64,000 nt of DNA, taken from NCBI RefSeq assembly GCF_009914755.1, contig NC_060935.1, one strand, 5' to 3'. A program made the translations under genes and the position numbers. Positions 27,400 to 41,374 of this stretch are shown piece after piece. The notes beneath the pieces are model-generated. The model had not been told where the DNA came from and ran no database searches. It saw only the letters and a list, made by a program, of their open reading frames with translations. The DNA comes from the human T2T-CHM13v2.0 reference genome, Homo sapiens. Position 1 is the first letter of the stretch, and each line of letters opens with the position of its first letter.

Positions 27400-28215
27400 G
27401 CATTTCTGACACTAAATGTGTAGATTTCCTCCACAGCAACAAGTTCTCCAACTCTTTGGCAACCAACTGGGTGTCCTAGAATTCAATTCAGTTCCCACAG
27501 GTAGTGCAGACCCTGCAAGTTAAAGGCTCAGTCCCACAAGACTGCCCCTACTTTAGAGGCCAATGGCAAGTCCCAGCGTGTCACTGGTGCTTCTGACTAA
27601 TAGGCTATAAATGGAGGGTTCCCATGGACCCCTCCTCAGGTTTAATAATTTGCTAGAATCGCTTACAGAAAAGCACTCATTGTTGCTCATTTGTTTACTT
27701 TACTTGTTAATACCAGAAAAGTGCTTTGCTTACCGCTACCAGTTTATGATTGAGGATACGACTCAGGAACAACCAAACAGTAGAGACATATAGAGCAAAG
27801 TGTGAGGGGAGGGGTGCACAGAGCTTCCATGTGCCATCCAGGTGCACCACTCTCCCAGCACCCCAAGGTATTTACCAACCCAGAAGCTTTCCAGACTTCA
27901 TTGTATAGGGTTTTTATGGAGGTTCTAACACATAGATATAATGAATTAAATCCTTGGCCATTGGTAATTAACTTGATCTCCAGCCCCTCTTGCCTCTCCC
28001 AAGGTTGGGGCTGGGGCTGAAAGTTCTAGTCCTCTAATCATACCTTGGCCTTTCTGGTGACCAGACCTGAAGCTATGTAGTGGCCCCCAGCCACCAGTCA
28101 TCTCATTAGCATACAAAAGACACTCATATCACTCCAGATATTCCAATGATTTTAGGACCTGTGTGCCAGGAATCAAGGTCAAGGACCAAATATATACTTC
28201 CCATTGTGCCACAGG
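27400..28215. mobile_element. MER21-like LTR
   Basis: ACCAACTGGGTGTCCTAGAATTCAATTC...GGCTCAGTCCCACAAGACTGCCCC resembles the MER21 consensus as recalled. Confidence 0.7.
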
Positions 28216-28368
28216 TTGTTATTAGCCAGGTACTTAAAAGAAGAAAGAAAAGAGAAAGCAAGAAAAACATAATTTAAACCCTGCTTCCCAAATCTATGCA
28301 TGATTTTTCATTTTCAATGGTGTAAGAGGCCTGAGGTTTTGCAAACGAAAGGTAAAAGCAAGGCCATG

Positions 28369-28854
28369 TGTTACCAAAACACCAAGGGTTCAATCTAGGT
28401 CCTGTTGCTCACTGCACAGAAAGCCAATCACTGAAGAAGGCTTTAATCGGGTGCTGCAGCTGAGGATATGGGAGGTCAGTCTCAAATCCATTTCCCTGAC
28501 CAACTAAAATCAGAGGTTTATATGGTAGAGAAGAAATGTAACGACATGAAGGAAAACAGGAATTAGGGAAGTACAAGGAAGAGGAGTTGATCAATAGGAA
28601 GCAAGGAGTCACTTAGGCAATCATGAGAGGTGAGGGATCTGGCATCTCATTGTCCAGATGTGATGATCTAGTAAGTTTCAGTTCCTTGATACATCTGGGA
28701 GCCCTGATGGTTGGTTTCCTGAGAAAAGAACTCAGATAAGAGAAATGTAACTTTCTTAAGTTTTAACATTGGGGGATCAATTTCTATGTTTATTCAAAAG
28801 AAACTATAGAAACCACAGAAACTACAGTTCTGTGGGAAAATTGGGCCAGTTTCA
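28369..28854 (-). mobile_element. ERV1-class solo LTR
   Basis: TGTTACC...GTTTCA termini with 4-bp TSD CATG (28365-28368 / 28855-28858). Confidence 0.85.
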
Positions 28855-29260
28855 CATGCATCAGACACCCCAGTCAAACACTCCAAGTCTGAGAGAGGTG
28901 ACCACAGCCCGTGTCCTGGGCTGCCAGTGCACACTGAAGTTAAGAGTGTTCTTGTTTGTGCTTCAGGTTAGAGCTTGACCACATGCATAGACACAGAGAA
29001 AACCAGTCAGCAGAGGAAGGCAAGAACAAATCCCTCACATGGGGGGATGCAGAGGCCAGGCCCAGAGATGGCACACCTGTTCCTGGTTCCTGCCCCTTCC
29101 AGAGGCAGCCTGCCTCCCCACATATTCGAGATCCATGAAGCACTCCTGCCACCTTAGAATGAATTCTTCTTTTTGCTTAAATTAGCTCAAATCGATTATG
29201 TTATAGCTAGGACTGAAGAGTCCCAGCTAACACAAAGAGAAAAACTTTGGAGACTTCTTT

Positions 29261-29890
29261 TGTTACCAGCCACGTCCAGGTCTGTCCTGCCCATGCACAG
29301 TAAATCAATCACTGTAACCTGGATTTTGCAAAGGAGAAAAGATATATTCTCAAAGGCACCAAGCCAGGAGGTGGGAGAACAGCTCTCAAATCTGCCTCCT
29401 GGAAGATAAGATTTAGGGATATTTGTGGGTGAGGGAAGTGGGGTGGTTAAGTCATAGGGAAAGATTATTGGCAGTGAATAAAAATGAAGTAACAGGTTGG
29501 TTCTGCAGAAGCATAGCTGGAGTTCACGGCATCTCATAGGACATACGTACAGAAAATGACAGCATTAGCATGATCTGAAAGAGGGGTTTTTGGCCCTCCG
29601 ACATAAAAGGCCACCTCTCAGGCACGTGCCCAGGCCCAGTTGAAGGATCGGAGGTCTCAACCAGTTTGAACTGGGCAGAAACTGGTCCAAGTTTCTGAAA
29701 AACAACAGACTCAACCATTACCATGGTGGCCTGTGAACGTTACCTAGGAAGTAGCCAGTGAAGGTTATGTTTCTGCGTTCAGCGGCACAGCCTTCAGCTA
29801 CCTTGGCCTTCAGCTTAATGGGTAAAGGGAAAAAAAATAATGGAAAGCAAGCGGGGCAGGCAGAGCTGATCAAATTACCCCTCAGTTTCA
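29261..29890 (-). mobile_element. ERV1-class solo LTR (LOR1-like)
   Basis: TGTTACC...GTTTCA termini with 4-bp TSD CTTT (29257-29260 / 29891-29894). Confidence 0.85.
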
Positions 29891-30653
29891 CTTTTCATTC
29901 ACATTCCTGGCTTTGCTTAACTAACAAAAAACAAACTCTGTGCAAGCCAGGATGGGCAGGGGTGAGGTAGGGAGAAGGAGGGTTCCAAGGCTTTCCAAAT
30001 ATTAACTTCGAGAGGCAGAGTTGGGTGAGAATAATGGTGGCCCCCAAATGCAAATCAAATACAAATAGGATCAACCTGTTCAAAAATAAGAACTGGAAAG
30101 GACACAAAAATTCTGATTCTTTCCATGATAGCTCTCCCAAGCTCTCACAAAGCCCTTTGTTCCTTTTTTTCTGGTGCCTCCCTGGACCTTGCCTCACCCT
30201 CCCTGACCATCACCCAGCCTGGGTTGGGAGCCCCTCAAATGTGCTGCTGTGGCACCTGGGACTTACACATGTCCCCTTCACCTTACCATTCTATAATGTT
30301 ATCTTTGTCTGAGAGCCTGTGGATGTCCAGGACACTGTGTAATTAATCTCTGCACTGGCATTTAGCAGAAGGTCAGGTGCACAGTACTGCCCAGTAGATG
30401 TGGAATAAATAGCTGAATTGGTTCTGTGCCCCGTCACTCCATGTCAGATCTCAGACAAAATCAATTATTTCTGCAGCTTGGTTCTATCAGGCACCCACAC
30501 ATTCCCCCACCCCAGTTTCCTCCTCTTCAATCACGAAGTACCACATTCCCAGATGTGGCAAGGCCAAGAGGTGGCTTTGGTGGAGGAGTGACGAGTGAGA
30601 GGCAGCTTGAAGATGTGTGCTTCAGGCCTACCCTAAAAACTCTATTGCACCAC

Positions 30654-31565
30654 TGACCAAGATTCTCTCCTTGATCAAACTTTAGTCGGTCTTTAGAATT
30701 CTATTTTTAACTAGGCTCTAACTTTTGGGTTTCTGTGTTTGTTTCTGCGTTATCCAATTTTAGTAAGGATCCTGCTAAGTCATTGTAACGTGAACCCTTC
30801 GCCCTCGATATCTGATCAGGTTCCTCATCCACTATCCCATAGATGACGTCCAAACACCTTGGCCTCTCTTTAGCAAGAAATAGGTTGGGCCTGTTTAGCC
30901 AGAATTCCTTCATACCCCAATGTTTCCACTTGATATTTTTCCATCCAGTGACACCTATGTGAAGTGCTAATTGGGGAAAAGGAGTCAGGCTGGTGGGACC
31001 AGGGGAAAGCCAGAAGAAAAAGCAGATAAGCTACAAGTCTGCCTTTCTTTCTGTTCCAGGACACCAATAACTCACAATCTTTCTGCACCCAGCTATCACC
31101 AAACCCTTGGCTGGTACAAAAAATTCCAAGTTAATTCACTGCAACCTTGGCATTATCAGTACTGCACATACCACCCTGTAGCCCAGTAACTATTCTGTAA
31201 AATCCCCAGCAAGCTTTTGTTTCTTTGCAGTCAGCTCCTCTCTTGCTGGCTGCCTGTTGCTCCCTGGCAATGTATTTTTCTACTTTCTGTAATAAATCTG
31301 CCTTTCTTTATCTACAACTGTGTTGGTAAATTTTTTACCCCTGTACCACTGGCCCACATAGCCGCTGCTCACGACTGACATCCTACCCTGCTCCTTAACT
31401 TTAAATTCTCACTTTTCCTTGTTGTATTCAGAGTTGAGCCCAATCTCTCTGCCCACTGCCAAACCCCACCACAGAAGCCCCTATACCTATGGAAATAGTT
31501 CCCCTGAATTAGATCTGCCTTGCTGTTCTTTAATAAGTGTCATGAATAACTTTTTCTTTAACACC
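30654..31565 (+). mobile_element. MER31-like LTR with a second LTR nested at ~30959-31380
   Basis: TGACCAAGATTCTCTCCTTGATCAAACTTTAGTC start; MER31-like text resumes at ACCCTGCTCCTT after an LTR-like block with its own AATAAA and TGACA end. Confidence 0.6.
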
Positions 31566-32467
31566 CCCTGCTCCCAAGCCTTCGCTTAATCAAAGTAATG
31601 CTGTAACACATAGGCAATTAACCTTCCCACTGTCTCATTCAAATCACGAATAAAGATTCTTTCAAAAGCCTTTCTAACGTTATTGCTCTATCCTATGCAC
31701 TATATCTACTCATGGAAGCCTGAGGCCTGATGCGGAGATGGGAGCTGACATGCTTCACTGTTTCCAATGCCACTCTTGAGCATTGGGAATGTAACTGAGA
31801 GTGGCAATGCCTACCTTTACATGGCCATGGGCTGGGGATGCTGGTTGTGCTGCCATGTGTAGATAATGGAAAGTGTTCCCTTAAGTCTGCCTTTCTTTGG
31901 TTCTCAAGATATTTAAATATTTGCCCAGCTACCCTAAATTTGGTGCCATTCTATTTGATCTTTCACATTCAGCTGTGAGTCATCCATAACCTCTTTGACC
32001 CTGCTGGAATTCTGAATTAGTTCCCTATTTATGCCGCTGGAGTTCCCAGCTCTAATGAATGGCAGTGGTTGGAGCCTCCTTGCGACTCATGGCTTGCTCA
32101 GCTCCCCTGTGTCACACTAAGGCCTTTTCAAACAAAACCACCCCTTTACCCATGGAAGGGCAAAAGGCAGACCCAGTAAAGTGTAATTAGAGTGGATTTC
32201 AAATATTTCATGGAACACAAGTCATGTCTTAATGCATATATTCAATGACTATTTGGAAAAACAGCAAGTAAGAAAATAATGTGATGCCAACTTTTCATGA
32301 GTTTCTGTTGTCACCATATATAAACTCACCAATACCATATTTTTAATTATCTTCCAGGCCAAAATTATACATCAGAAGCAAAGATTAAACATGCTTATTC
32401 TAAGAGGAAAGAGAGTAGTTCTTATTTTTGTAGAAGGAGAAATGAAAGGCCATTTAATTTTGCCAAC

Positions 32468-32875
32468 TGATATGGTTTGGGTCTGTGTTCCCACCCAAAT
32501 CTCACATTGAATTGTAATCCCCAGTGTTGGAGGTGGGGCTTGGTGGGAGGTGACTGGCTTATGGGGGTGGTTTCTAATGGTTTAGTACCATCCCTCTAGT
32601 GCTGTCTCATGACAGAGTCCTCACCAGATCTGGATGTTGAAAAGTGTGAGGTACCTCCTCCCTCTGTCTCTTCCTCCTGCCCTGGCTATGAAAGATGTGC
32701 CTGCTTCCCCTTCACCTTCCACCATCATGGTAAGTTTCCTGAGGCCTCCCTAGAAGCCAGTATGCTTCCTATACAGCCTGCAGAACCGTGAGTCAATTAA
32801 ACCCCTTTTCTTTATAAATTACCCAGTCTCAGTCTCAGGTATTTATCTATAGCAGTGCAAGAATACACTAATACA
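32468..32875 (+). mobile_element. MST-type (ERVL-MaLR) solo LTR
   Basis: TGATATGG...CTAATACA; perfect TSD CCAAC; internal splice donor ACC|GTGAGT at 32787/32788. Confidence 0.93.
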
Positions 32876-32937
32876 CCAACCTTCACTGTACATTAACAGA
32901 TGCAACAGAAATAGTGACTTTTTTCAGAGGAAATTCA

Positions 32938-32939
<2 letters not shown>

Positions 32940-32976
<37 letters not shown>
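32940..32976 (+). repeat. (TG)n microsatellite
   Basis: Perfect dinucleotide run of about 18 units. Confidence 0.97.
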
Positions 32977-32978
<2 letters not shown>

Positions 32979-34469
32979 CCCAAAAGAGGAGGAGGATGAG
33001 GTCTTACTCAAAAGTTACTCAAAATTAAAGTAATATGTAGTGGCCTTAGTCATTGATATTAATTTTGTCCAGTTTCTTAACACTAGATGCATACAGAATT
33101 TTCTGAGAAGCTTTTAAGCCATCAGTGTCTGATCTTCACATCCAGAAATTCTGCTGCAATAGATTTTAGTGCCTACAATCTAGGCTTTTGTTGCTTTTTT
33201 TTCCCCCTTCATATAAAAATTTTCCCAATAATTTTCCCTTTCCATATTTTGACAAACAAGCTTAAATTTGCAATACATTGTATCCTCATACAGAGGCCAG
33301 ACAGTGGAAGCTTAAACATTCACTGAGAATACCAATGAGATCTAAGAATAGGAATGAGAACAAGAATGAGAGAAGCCAAACTTCATTTTTCATCTCTAAC
33401 AAAAGAGAAAAACAACAAGAACCACCTTGTCCCTACTATGAGGAGAGACTGTTCCTCCACAGAAATTACAGAGGCTTTTTAATCAGTGAGTCTAAGCAGT
33501 GGGGAAAATATCCAAATCTGAATCTGCTCTTTCTTTGACAAGTCTTGTCACTTTCAAATGAGCCTTCCTTACATCTCTTAGAGACACACGTCCTGCCACT
33601 TCTGGGTCAAGGTGGCCATTCTCCATTTTCAGATCTTCCTCAGGCTGCTTCTGGGCCTTGTCTCTGGAGGAGAGCAGGCAGCCCCAAGTCTTTAAGGGTG
33701 AGAGGCATGGGCCAGGGGTGAAGCCCAAGGAGAGGGCAACAGGGAACAGAAAATTCCTGAGAGCAGAGGCGGCATTCTCTCTCCCTCCCTGCTGGTTCCA
33801 GGGAGCCCACCTTTCTTGAGTGCATCTTCTCTTTTTACTGGCAGGCAAAAGGGAGACAGATGGTAGGAGGACATAGCCCAGCAGTGGCATCTCCACACTG
33901 GGCAAATCTGCCACTCTGTGTCCTTCAGGGGACATAGAGCCCTGGTCTCCGGGCTGCAAACAGGGCCTGGCCCTCCCAAGGCCTGGGCTCTAGGTGGCTG
34001 CTCCAAAGCAACTCGGAGCCAGACACCTCAGCAGAAACCCAGTTATATGACCTGGAAAAAAAAAAACAAACCATTTCTGAATTGGTTAAAAAACAGGGGA
34101 ACAAATAGATGCCAAATTCCTGGTAGCTGGAGGTTGGTGGGAATTTGGTGTACACTGCTTTGGGTTAGGATTGGACTTGGAAACTGGGAAACTGGCCAAG
34201 CCTTTCAGGCGGGGACACAGTTCTGCTTTGAGTAAAAGGGACTGTGGAGAAATCAAAGTGGGGAAGGGGAATTTGTTGCAGAGACAGGGAACCAGGAGTC
34301 TGACAACCATCATGTTCCTGGGCACCAAAACCTCATTACTCTGCTGGGACAGACCCTCAGCTCCAGCCTATTCACAAGGCCTCTGCTCCAAGTCTGTCCT
34401 CATCATGTGCCACCTGAATTATTCCAAAGGGGCCTCCAACCTCTCACCTCACTGTGAGTCCAGCCTCTT

Positions 34470-34765
34470 ATCCAGTAGTGCTGTCTGATAAAAATGAAAC
34501 ATTAAACGTTCCAGTAGTTGCATTAAATATAAAGAAACAGGAAAATAAATTTTAATACTATATTCTATTTAATCTAATGGACAAAGAATACTATCAACAT
34601 GTAAGCAATAGAAAAATTATTGATGAGATATTTTACATTCCTTTTTTTTCATACTAAGTCTTCAAAATCCCATGTGTGTTTTACACATAGAGCATATCTC
34701 AATTCTCACGGGCTCCATAGTCACATGTGGCTGGCTGGGGATTGCCCTACTGAACAGCACAGGGC
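34470..34765. mobile_element. hAT-Charlie MITE (MER33/MER3-like); related copies ~47600-47875 and ~49830-50340
   Basis: ATACTAAGTCTTCAAAATCC...CACATGTGGCTGG...AACAGCACAG motif typical of this family. Confidence 0.7.
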
Positions 34766-35370
34766 TGATTGGTCACAAAAATGATCTTGCAACAATGCAG
34801 AACAGATATTTTCATTTTCGTCTTAAAATGTTAAAATATATTTGCATGCTCTTTGGCACACTAATCCCAATTTTAAGAATCTATTCTTAAGAAATATTTA
34901 CAAAATGCCAAAAGAAATCTGAACAAATATATTCATTATAGTTCTTACTGGAAGAGTCTGGGATCTGAAGTCAAATTGCCCACGTCTGAATCATGGCCCT
35001 GCCACTTTAATGGCTGCATGTGCTTGAGTAAATGACTAAGTGTTATCTTCCATTTCTTCATCCATAATAGATCTACCTCCGTGGGCTATTTACAAAGATT
35101 AATGAAATAATCTACATAAAATGCTTGTATGTGCTTAATAAATCTTAACTCTAATTATTGTTATCAACAGAGAAAAAGCATTACAACTGAAATGTCCAGT
35201 AATGTGAAAATGATTTACTGAATAATGGCACATTCATATGGTTTAAGCTACCTTCAAGCAGGAACTGTGTTTTATTCCCTATCACATGACACATAGCATG
35301 TGTCAGGTATATGGTGGGCACTCAGGAAGTATTGGAAGGATGAATGGCATGGAAAATCTTTAGAATGAAT

Positions 35371-38300
35371 GCCGCTAGTGAGTGTATGCATGGAGCCTGG
35401 CAGCCCCACACCTACCAGCACCCTGCACCTTCCACCACTCCCACTGGTGTGAGTGTGGACACTGACAACCTCACCCCCACCAGCAGTCTGCTCCCACCAT
35501 GCTGCCACCGCTGTCTCAATGAGCATGTGCAGGAATGCGGCAGCCCTACTCCCACTAGTGCCCAACCCTAGCTGACATGTGCACCCTGCTGCATTGCCAT
35601 GGCTGCTGGCACATGCGACCAAGCACAGATCGTACTGCCATCACCCTGATGAAGTTCTCTAGCTGGTACCACCTATTGGAATATTGTGGCCAGTGGACTG
35701 GGAACACCTTGACCTCTCCAGTGTAGCAAGTTTCTAACCTCAAGGGGCCAGAAAACAAAGCTGGGGCATCAGTGCCAGCCCCTCAGAGTTACAGCACACA
35801 GGCCAGGAGTGTTGAGCCTTGGCCCCTTAAAATCTTGCATAATCATTAGACTGAACCATAGCATAACCAGTAGACTGAACCTACCATATGCCACAATCAA
35901 ACCCCCAACAGCATCAAAAAAAGATAAAAGTAAGAGTTCTCATCCAAAGGATAGCAACTTCAAAGACTGAAGGAACATTAGCCCACACAAGTGAGAAAGA
36001 GCCAGTGCAAGAACTCTGGCAACTCAAAAAGCCAGAGTGTCTTCTTACCTCCACAGCAACCATGTTAGTTCCTCAGCAATGGTGCTTACCCAGGCTGAAA
36101 TGGCTGAAATGGCAGAGAATTCAGAATATGGATAGGAATGAAGATTATCAAGATTCAGGAGAAAGTCAAAACCCAATCCAAGAAATCTAAGGAATACAAT
36201 AAAACGACACAGGAGATAAAGGGCCATTTTAAGAAATAACCAAATCGATCTGATAGAGCTGAAAAGATCACTTTAAGAATTTCATAATACAATCACAAGT
36301 TTTAACAGCAGAATTGACCAAGCTGAGGAAAGAATCTCAGAGCTCAAAGACCAGTTCTTCAAAGTAACTCAGACAAAAATAAAGAGGAATGAACAAAACC
36401 TCTGAGAAATCAAGGATTATATAAACAGGCCAAATATTTGATTCATTGGCATCACGGAAAGAAAGGGAGAGAAAGCAAGCAACTTGAAAAACATATTTGA
36501 GGATATTGTTCATGAAAATTTCCCCAATTTCACTAGTGAGGCCAACATTCAAATGCAGAGAACCCCTGCAAGATAATACGCAAGATAACCATCCCCAAAA
36601 CACATAGTCATCCATTTGCCAAGACCAAAATGAAAGAAAAAATATTAAAGGCAACTAGAGAGAAGGGGCAGGTCACCTACAAAGAGAACCCCATGAGGCT
36701 AACAGTAGACCTTTCAGCAGAAACTCTACAAGCCAGAAGAGATTGGGGGCCTATAGTCAGCATTTTTAAATAAAAGAAAGTCCAAGTAAAAATTTCATAT
36801 CAATCCAAAAAAGCTTCATAAGTGAAGGAGAAATAAGATCCTTCTCAGAGAAACAAATGTTGAGGGAGTTTGTTACCACCACACCTGCCTTACAAGAGAC
36901 CTTAAAAGAAACACTAAATATAGAAAAGAAAGGCTGTTACCAGCTAATACAAAAACACACTTAAACACTCAGACCAGCATCACTACAAAAGAACCACATA
37001 AACAAGCCAACATAATAACCAGCTAACAACACAATGACAGGATCAAATCCACACATATCAATACTAACCTTGAATGTAAACAGGCTAAATGTCCCCACTT
37101 AAAAGGCACAGAGTGGCAAGCTGGATAAAAAGCAAGACCCAACAGTACATGGTCTTCAAGAGACCCATCTCATATGTAATGACACCCATAGGCTCAAAAT
37201 AAAGGAATGGAGGAAAAATCTACCAAGCAAATGGAAAACAGAAAAAAGCAGGGGTTGCAATCCTAATTTCAGACAAAACAGACTTCAAACCAACAAAGAT
37301 AAAAAAAAGACAAAGAATGGCAATACATAATGGTGAAGGGTTCAATTCAACAAGAAGACCTAACTATCCTAAATATATATGCACCCAATGCAGGAGCACT
37401 CAAATTCATAAAGCAAGTTCTTAGAGACCTACAAACAGACATAGATGCCCACATGATAATAGTGGGAGACTTCAACACTCCACTGACAGTATTAGACAGA
37501 TTATCAAGGCAGAAAATTAGCGAAGATATTCAGGACCTGAACTCAACATTGGACCAAATGGATCTGATGGACCTCTACAGAACTCTCCACCCCAAAACAA
37601 CAGAATATACATTCTTCTCATCATCACATGGCACATACTCTAACACTGATGCACAATTGGCCATAGAACAATTCTCAGCAAATTAAAAAAAACAAAATCT
37701 TACCAACCACCCTCTTGGACCATGGGGCAATAAAAATAGAAATCAATACTAAGAATATGCTCAAAACCATAAAATTATATGGAAATTAAACAATCTTCGG
37801 AATGACTTTTTGTTAAACAATAAATTAAGGCAGAAATCAAGAAATGCTTTGAAACTAATTAGAATAAAGTACAACATACCAGAATCTCTGGGACACAGCT
37901 AAAGTAAGAGGGAAGTTTATAGCACTAAACGCCCACACCAAAAAGTTAGAAAGATCTCAAATTAACAACCTAACATCACACCTAGAAGAAATAGAGAGAC
38001 AAGAGCAAACCAACCCCAAAGCTAGCAGAAGACCAGAAATAACCACAATCAGAGCTGAACTGAAGGAAATGGAGATGTGAAAAGTCATACAAAAGAGCAA
38101 TGAATCCAGGAGTTTGTATTTTGAAAGAATAAGTAAGATCGAAAGCCACTAACTAGACTAATAAAGAAAAAAGAGAATAGAATCAAATAAACACAATCAG
38201 AAATGACAAAGGTGACATTACCACTGACCCTACAAAAATACAAAAACCTTCAGAGACTACTATGAACAATTCTATTCACAAAAACTAGAAAGCCTAGAAG

Positions 38301-41300
38301 AAATGGATAAATTCCTAGAAACGTACAACCTCCCAAGATTGAACCAGGAAGAAACTGAATCCCTGAACAGACCAATAACAAGTTCCAAAATTGAATCAGT
38401 AATAAAAAGCCTATCAACCAGAAGCAGCTCAGGACCAGACGGATTCATATCCAAATTCTACCAGATATATAAAGAAGAGCTAGTACCATTCCTACTGAAA
38501 CTATTCTAAAAAACATAGAGGAGGAGGGAATCCTCCCTAATTCATTCTACAAGGCCAGCATCATTCTGTGCCAAAACCTGGCAGAAACACAACAAATAAA
38601 GAAAACTTCAGGCTAATATCCTTGATCAGCATAGATGCAAAAAAACTCAACAAAATACTAACAAACCAAATCCAGCAGCACATCAAAAAGCAAATCCACC
38701 CTGCTCAAGTAGGGATGCAAGGCTGGTTCCACACATATAAATATCAATAAATGTGATTTATCACATAAACAGTACTAAAAACAAAAACTACATGATTATC
38801 TCAATAGATGCAGAAAAGGCATTTGATAAAATTTAACATCCCTTCATGTTAAAAACCTTCAAGAAATTAGGCATTGAAGGAACATACCTGAAAATAATAA
38901 GAGCCATCTATGATGAACCCACAGCCAGCATCATACTGAATGGGCAAAAACTGGAAGCATTCCCCTCGAGAACTGGAACAACACAAGGATGCTTACTCTC
39001 ACCACTCCTATTCAACATAGTACTGGAAGTTCTAGCCAGAGCAATCAGGCAAGAGAAGGAAATAAGATTAATAAAGAAAAAAAAAGAGAGAAAATCCAAA
39101 TAAACATAATCAGAAATGACAAAGGGGACATTATCACTGACCCCACAGAAATACAAAAAAACCTCAGAGACTACTATAAACACCTCTATTCATACAACTA
39201 GAAGAAATGGATAAATTTCCAGAACCATACAACCTCTCAAGATTGAACCAAGAAGAAACTGAATCCCTGAACAGACCAATAACCTGGAGTTCTGGAACTG
39301 AATCGGTAATAAAAAGCCTGCCAGACAGAAGCAGCCCAGGACCAGATGGATTTACAGCCTCCAGACAGGAAGAGAGAAAGTCAAACTATCTGTGTTTGCA
39401 GATGATATAATTCTATACCTAGACAACCCCATAATCTTTGCCCAAAAGCTCCTAGATCTGATAAACAAATTCAGCAAAGCGTCAGGATATAAAATCAAAG
39501 AACAAAAATTGGTTGCACTACTATACACCAATAGCATCCAAGCTGAGAGCCAAATCAAGCGTACAATTCCATTCACAATAGCCACAAAAAGAATAAAATA
39601 CCTAGGAATACAGCTAACCAGGAAGGTGAAAGATCTCTGCAATGAAAATTACAAAGCACTGCTCAAAGAAATCAGAGGTGACACAAACAAATGGAAAGAT
39701 ATTCCATGCCCATGGATAGGAAGAATCAATATTGTTAAAATGGCCATACTACCCAAAGCAATTTACAGATTCAATGCTATCCATATCAAACTGCCAATGA
39801 CATTTTTTCACAGAATTAGAAAGAAAGTATTTTAAAATCCATGTGGAACCAAACAAGAGTCTGAATAGCCAACACAATTTTAAGCAAAAAGAATAAAGCT
39901 GAGGGCATCATATTACCTGACTTCAAACTACACTACAAGGCTGCAGTAGCCAAAAGAGCATGGTACTGGTACAAAACACACATACAAAGACAAATGGAAC
40001 AAAATAAAGAGCCCAGAAATAATTCCAATTACCTACAACCAACTGATCATTGACAAAGTCTACAAAAACAAGCAATGTGGACAGGACTCCCTATTCAATA
40101 AATGGTGCTGTGATAACTGGCTAGCCATGTGCAGAAGATAAAACCTCTTCCTCTTACACCATACACAAAAATCAACTCAAGATTTATTAAATACTTAAAT
40201 GTAAAACAAAACTGTGAGAACTCTGGAAGTTAACCTAGGAAATACCATTCTGGACATAGGCCCTGGCAACAATTTCATGATGAAGACACAAAAATTGATT
40301 GCAACAGAAAGAGAAACTGACAAATGGGACCCAATTAAACTAAAAAGGTTCTGCACAGCAAAAGAAACTAACAACAGAGTAAACAGACAACCGAACCAAA
40401 TGGAAGAAAATATTTGTAACGTAACCATCCAACAAAGGTCTAATATTCAGAATCTATTAGGAACTTAAACAAATTAACAAGCAAAAAACAAACAACCCCA
40501 TTAAAAAGTGGGCAAAGACATGAATGGACACTTTTCAAATGATGACATACACACAGTCAACAAGCATACACAAAAATGTTCAACATCACTAATCATTAGA
40601 GAAATGCAAATCAAAACCATAATGAGATACCATCTCACACTAGCCAGAATGGCTATTATTTAAAAGTAAAAAAATAACATGCTGGTGAGGTTGCAGAGAA
40701 AAGGGAACGCTTATATACTGCTGGTGGAAATGTAAATTACTTCAGCCACTGTGGAAAGCAGTTTGGTGATTTCTCAAAGAACTTGAAACAGAATTAGCAT
40801 TTGACTCAGCAATCCCATTACTGAATATATACTCAAAGGAATATAAATCATTCTACCATAAAGACACATGCATGCGTATGTTCATTACAGCACTATTCAC
40901 GATAGCAAAGACATGGAATCAGTTTAAATCCCATCAATAGTAGACTGGATAAAGAAAATGTGGTACACATACACCATGGAATACTAAACAGCCATAAAAA
41001 AGAACAGGATTATGTCCTTTGCAGCACATGGATGGAGCTGGAGGTCATTATCCCAAGTGAACTAATGCAGGAACAGAAAACCAAGTACTGTATGTTCTCA
41101 CTTACAAGTGGGAGCTAAACATTGAGTACACATGGATGCAAAGAAGGGAACAACAGACATTGAGGCCTATCTGAGGGTAGAAAGTTGGTAAAGGGGAGGA
41201 GGACGGTGAAGGTCAAAAAATTACCTATCAGGTACTATGTTTATTACCTGGTGAAATAATCTATAAACCAAACCCCTACGATGCACAGTTTACCTATATA

Positions 41301-41344
41301 ACAAACGTGCATGCATACCCTGAATCTAAAATAAAAGTTAAAAA
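35371..41344 (+). mobile_element. Near full-length (~6 kb) inactive L1 (old L1PA/L1PB class)
   Basis: 5'UTR, decayed ORF1, ORF2 start ATGACAGGATCAAATCC at 37034 (MTGSNPHISILTLNVN), endonuclease motif IIVGDFNTPL, RT motifs [15 protein letters not shown] and FADD, 3'UTR; TSD TTAGAATGAAT (35360-35370) / TTAGAATAAAT (41345-41355); many stops and frameshifts. Confidence 0.96.
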
Positions 41345-41374
41345 TTAGAATAAATCACTCAGGAGGTGTAATTT

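Noticed and set aside
37330-40468. ORFs with endonuclease and reverse-transcriptase motifs
   Set aside because: Broken fragments of one dead L1 ORF2 with many stops and frameshifts, not a gene.
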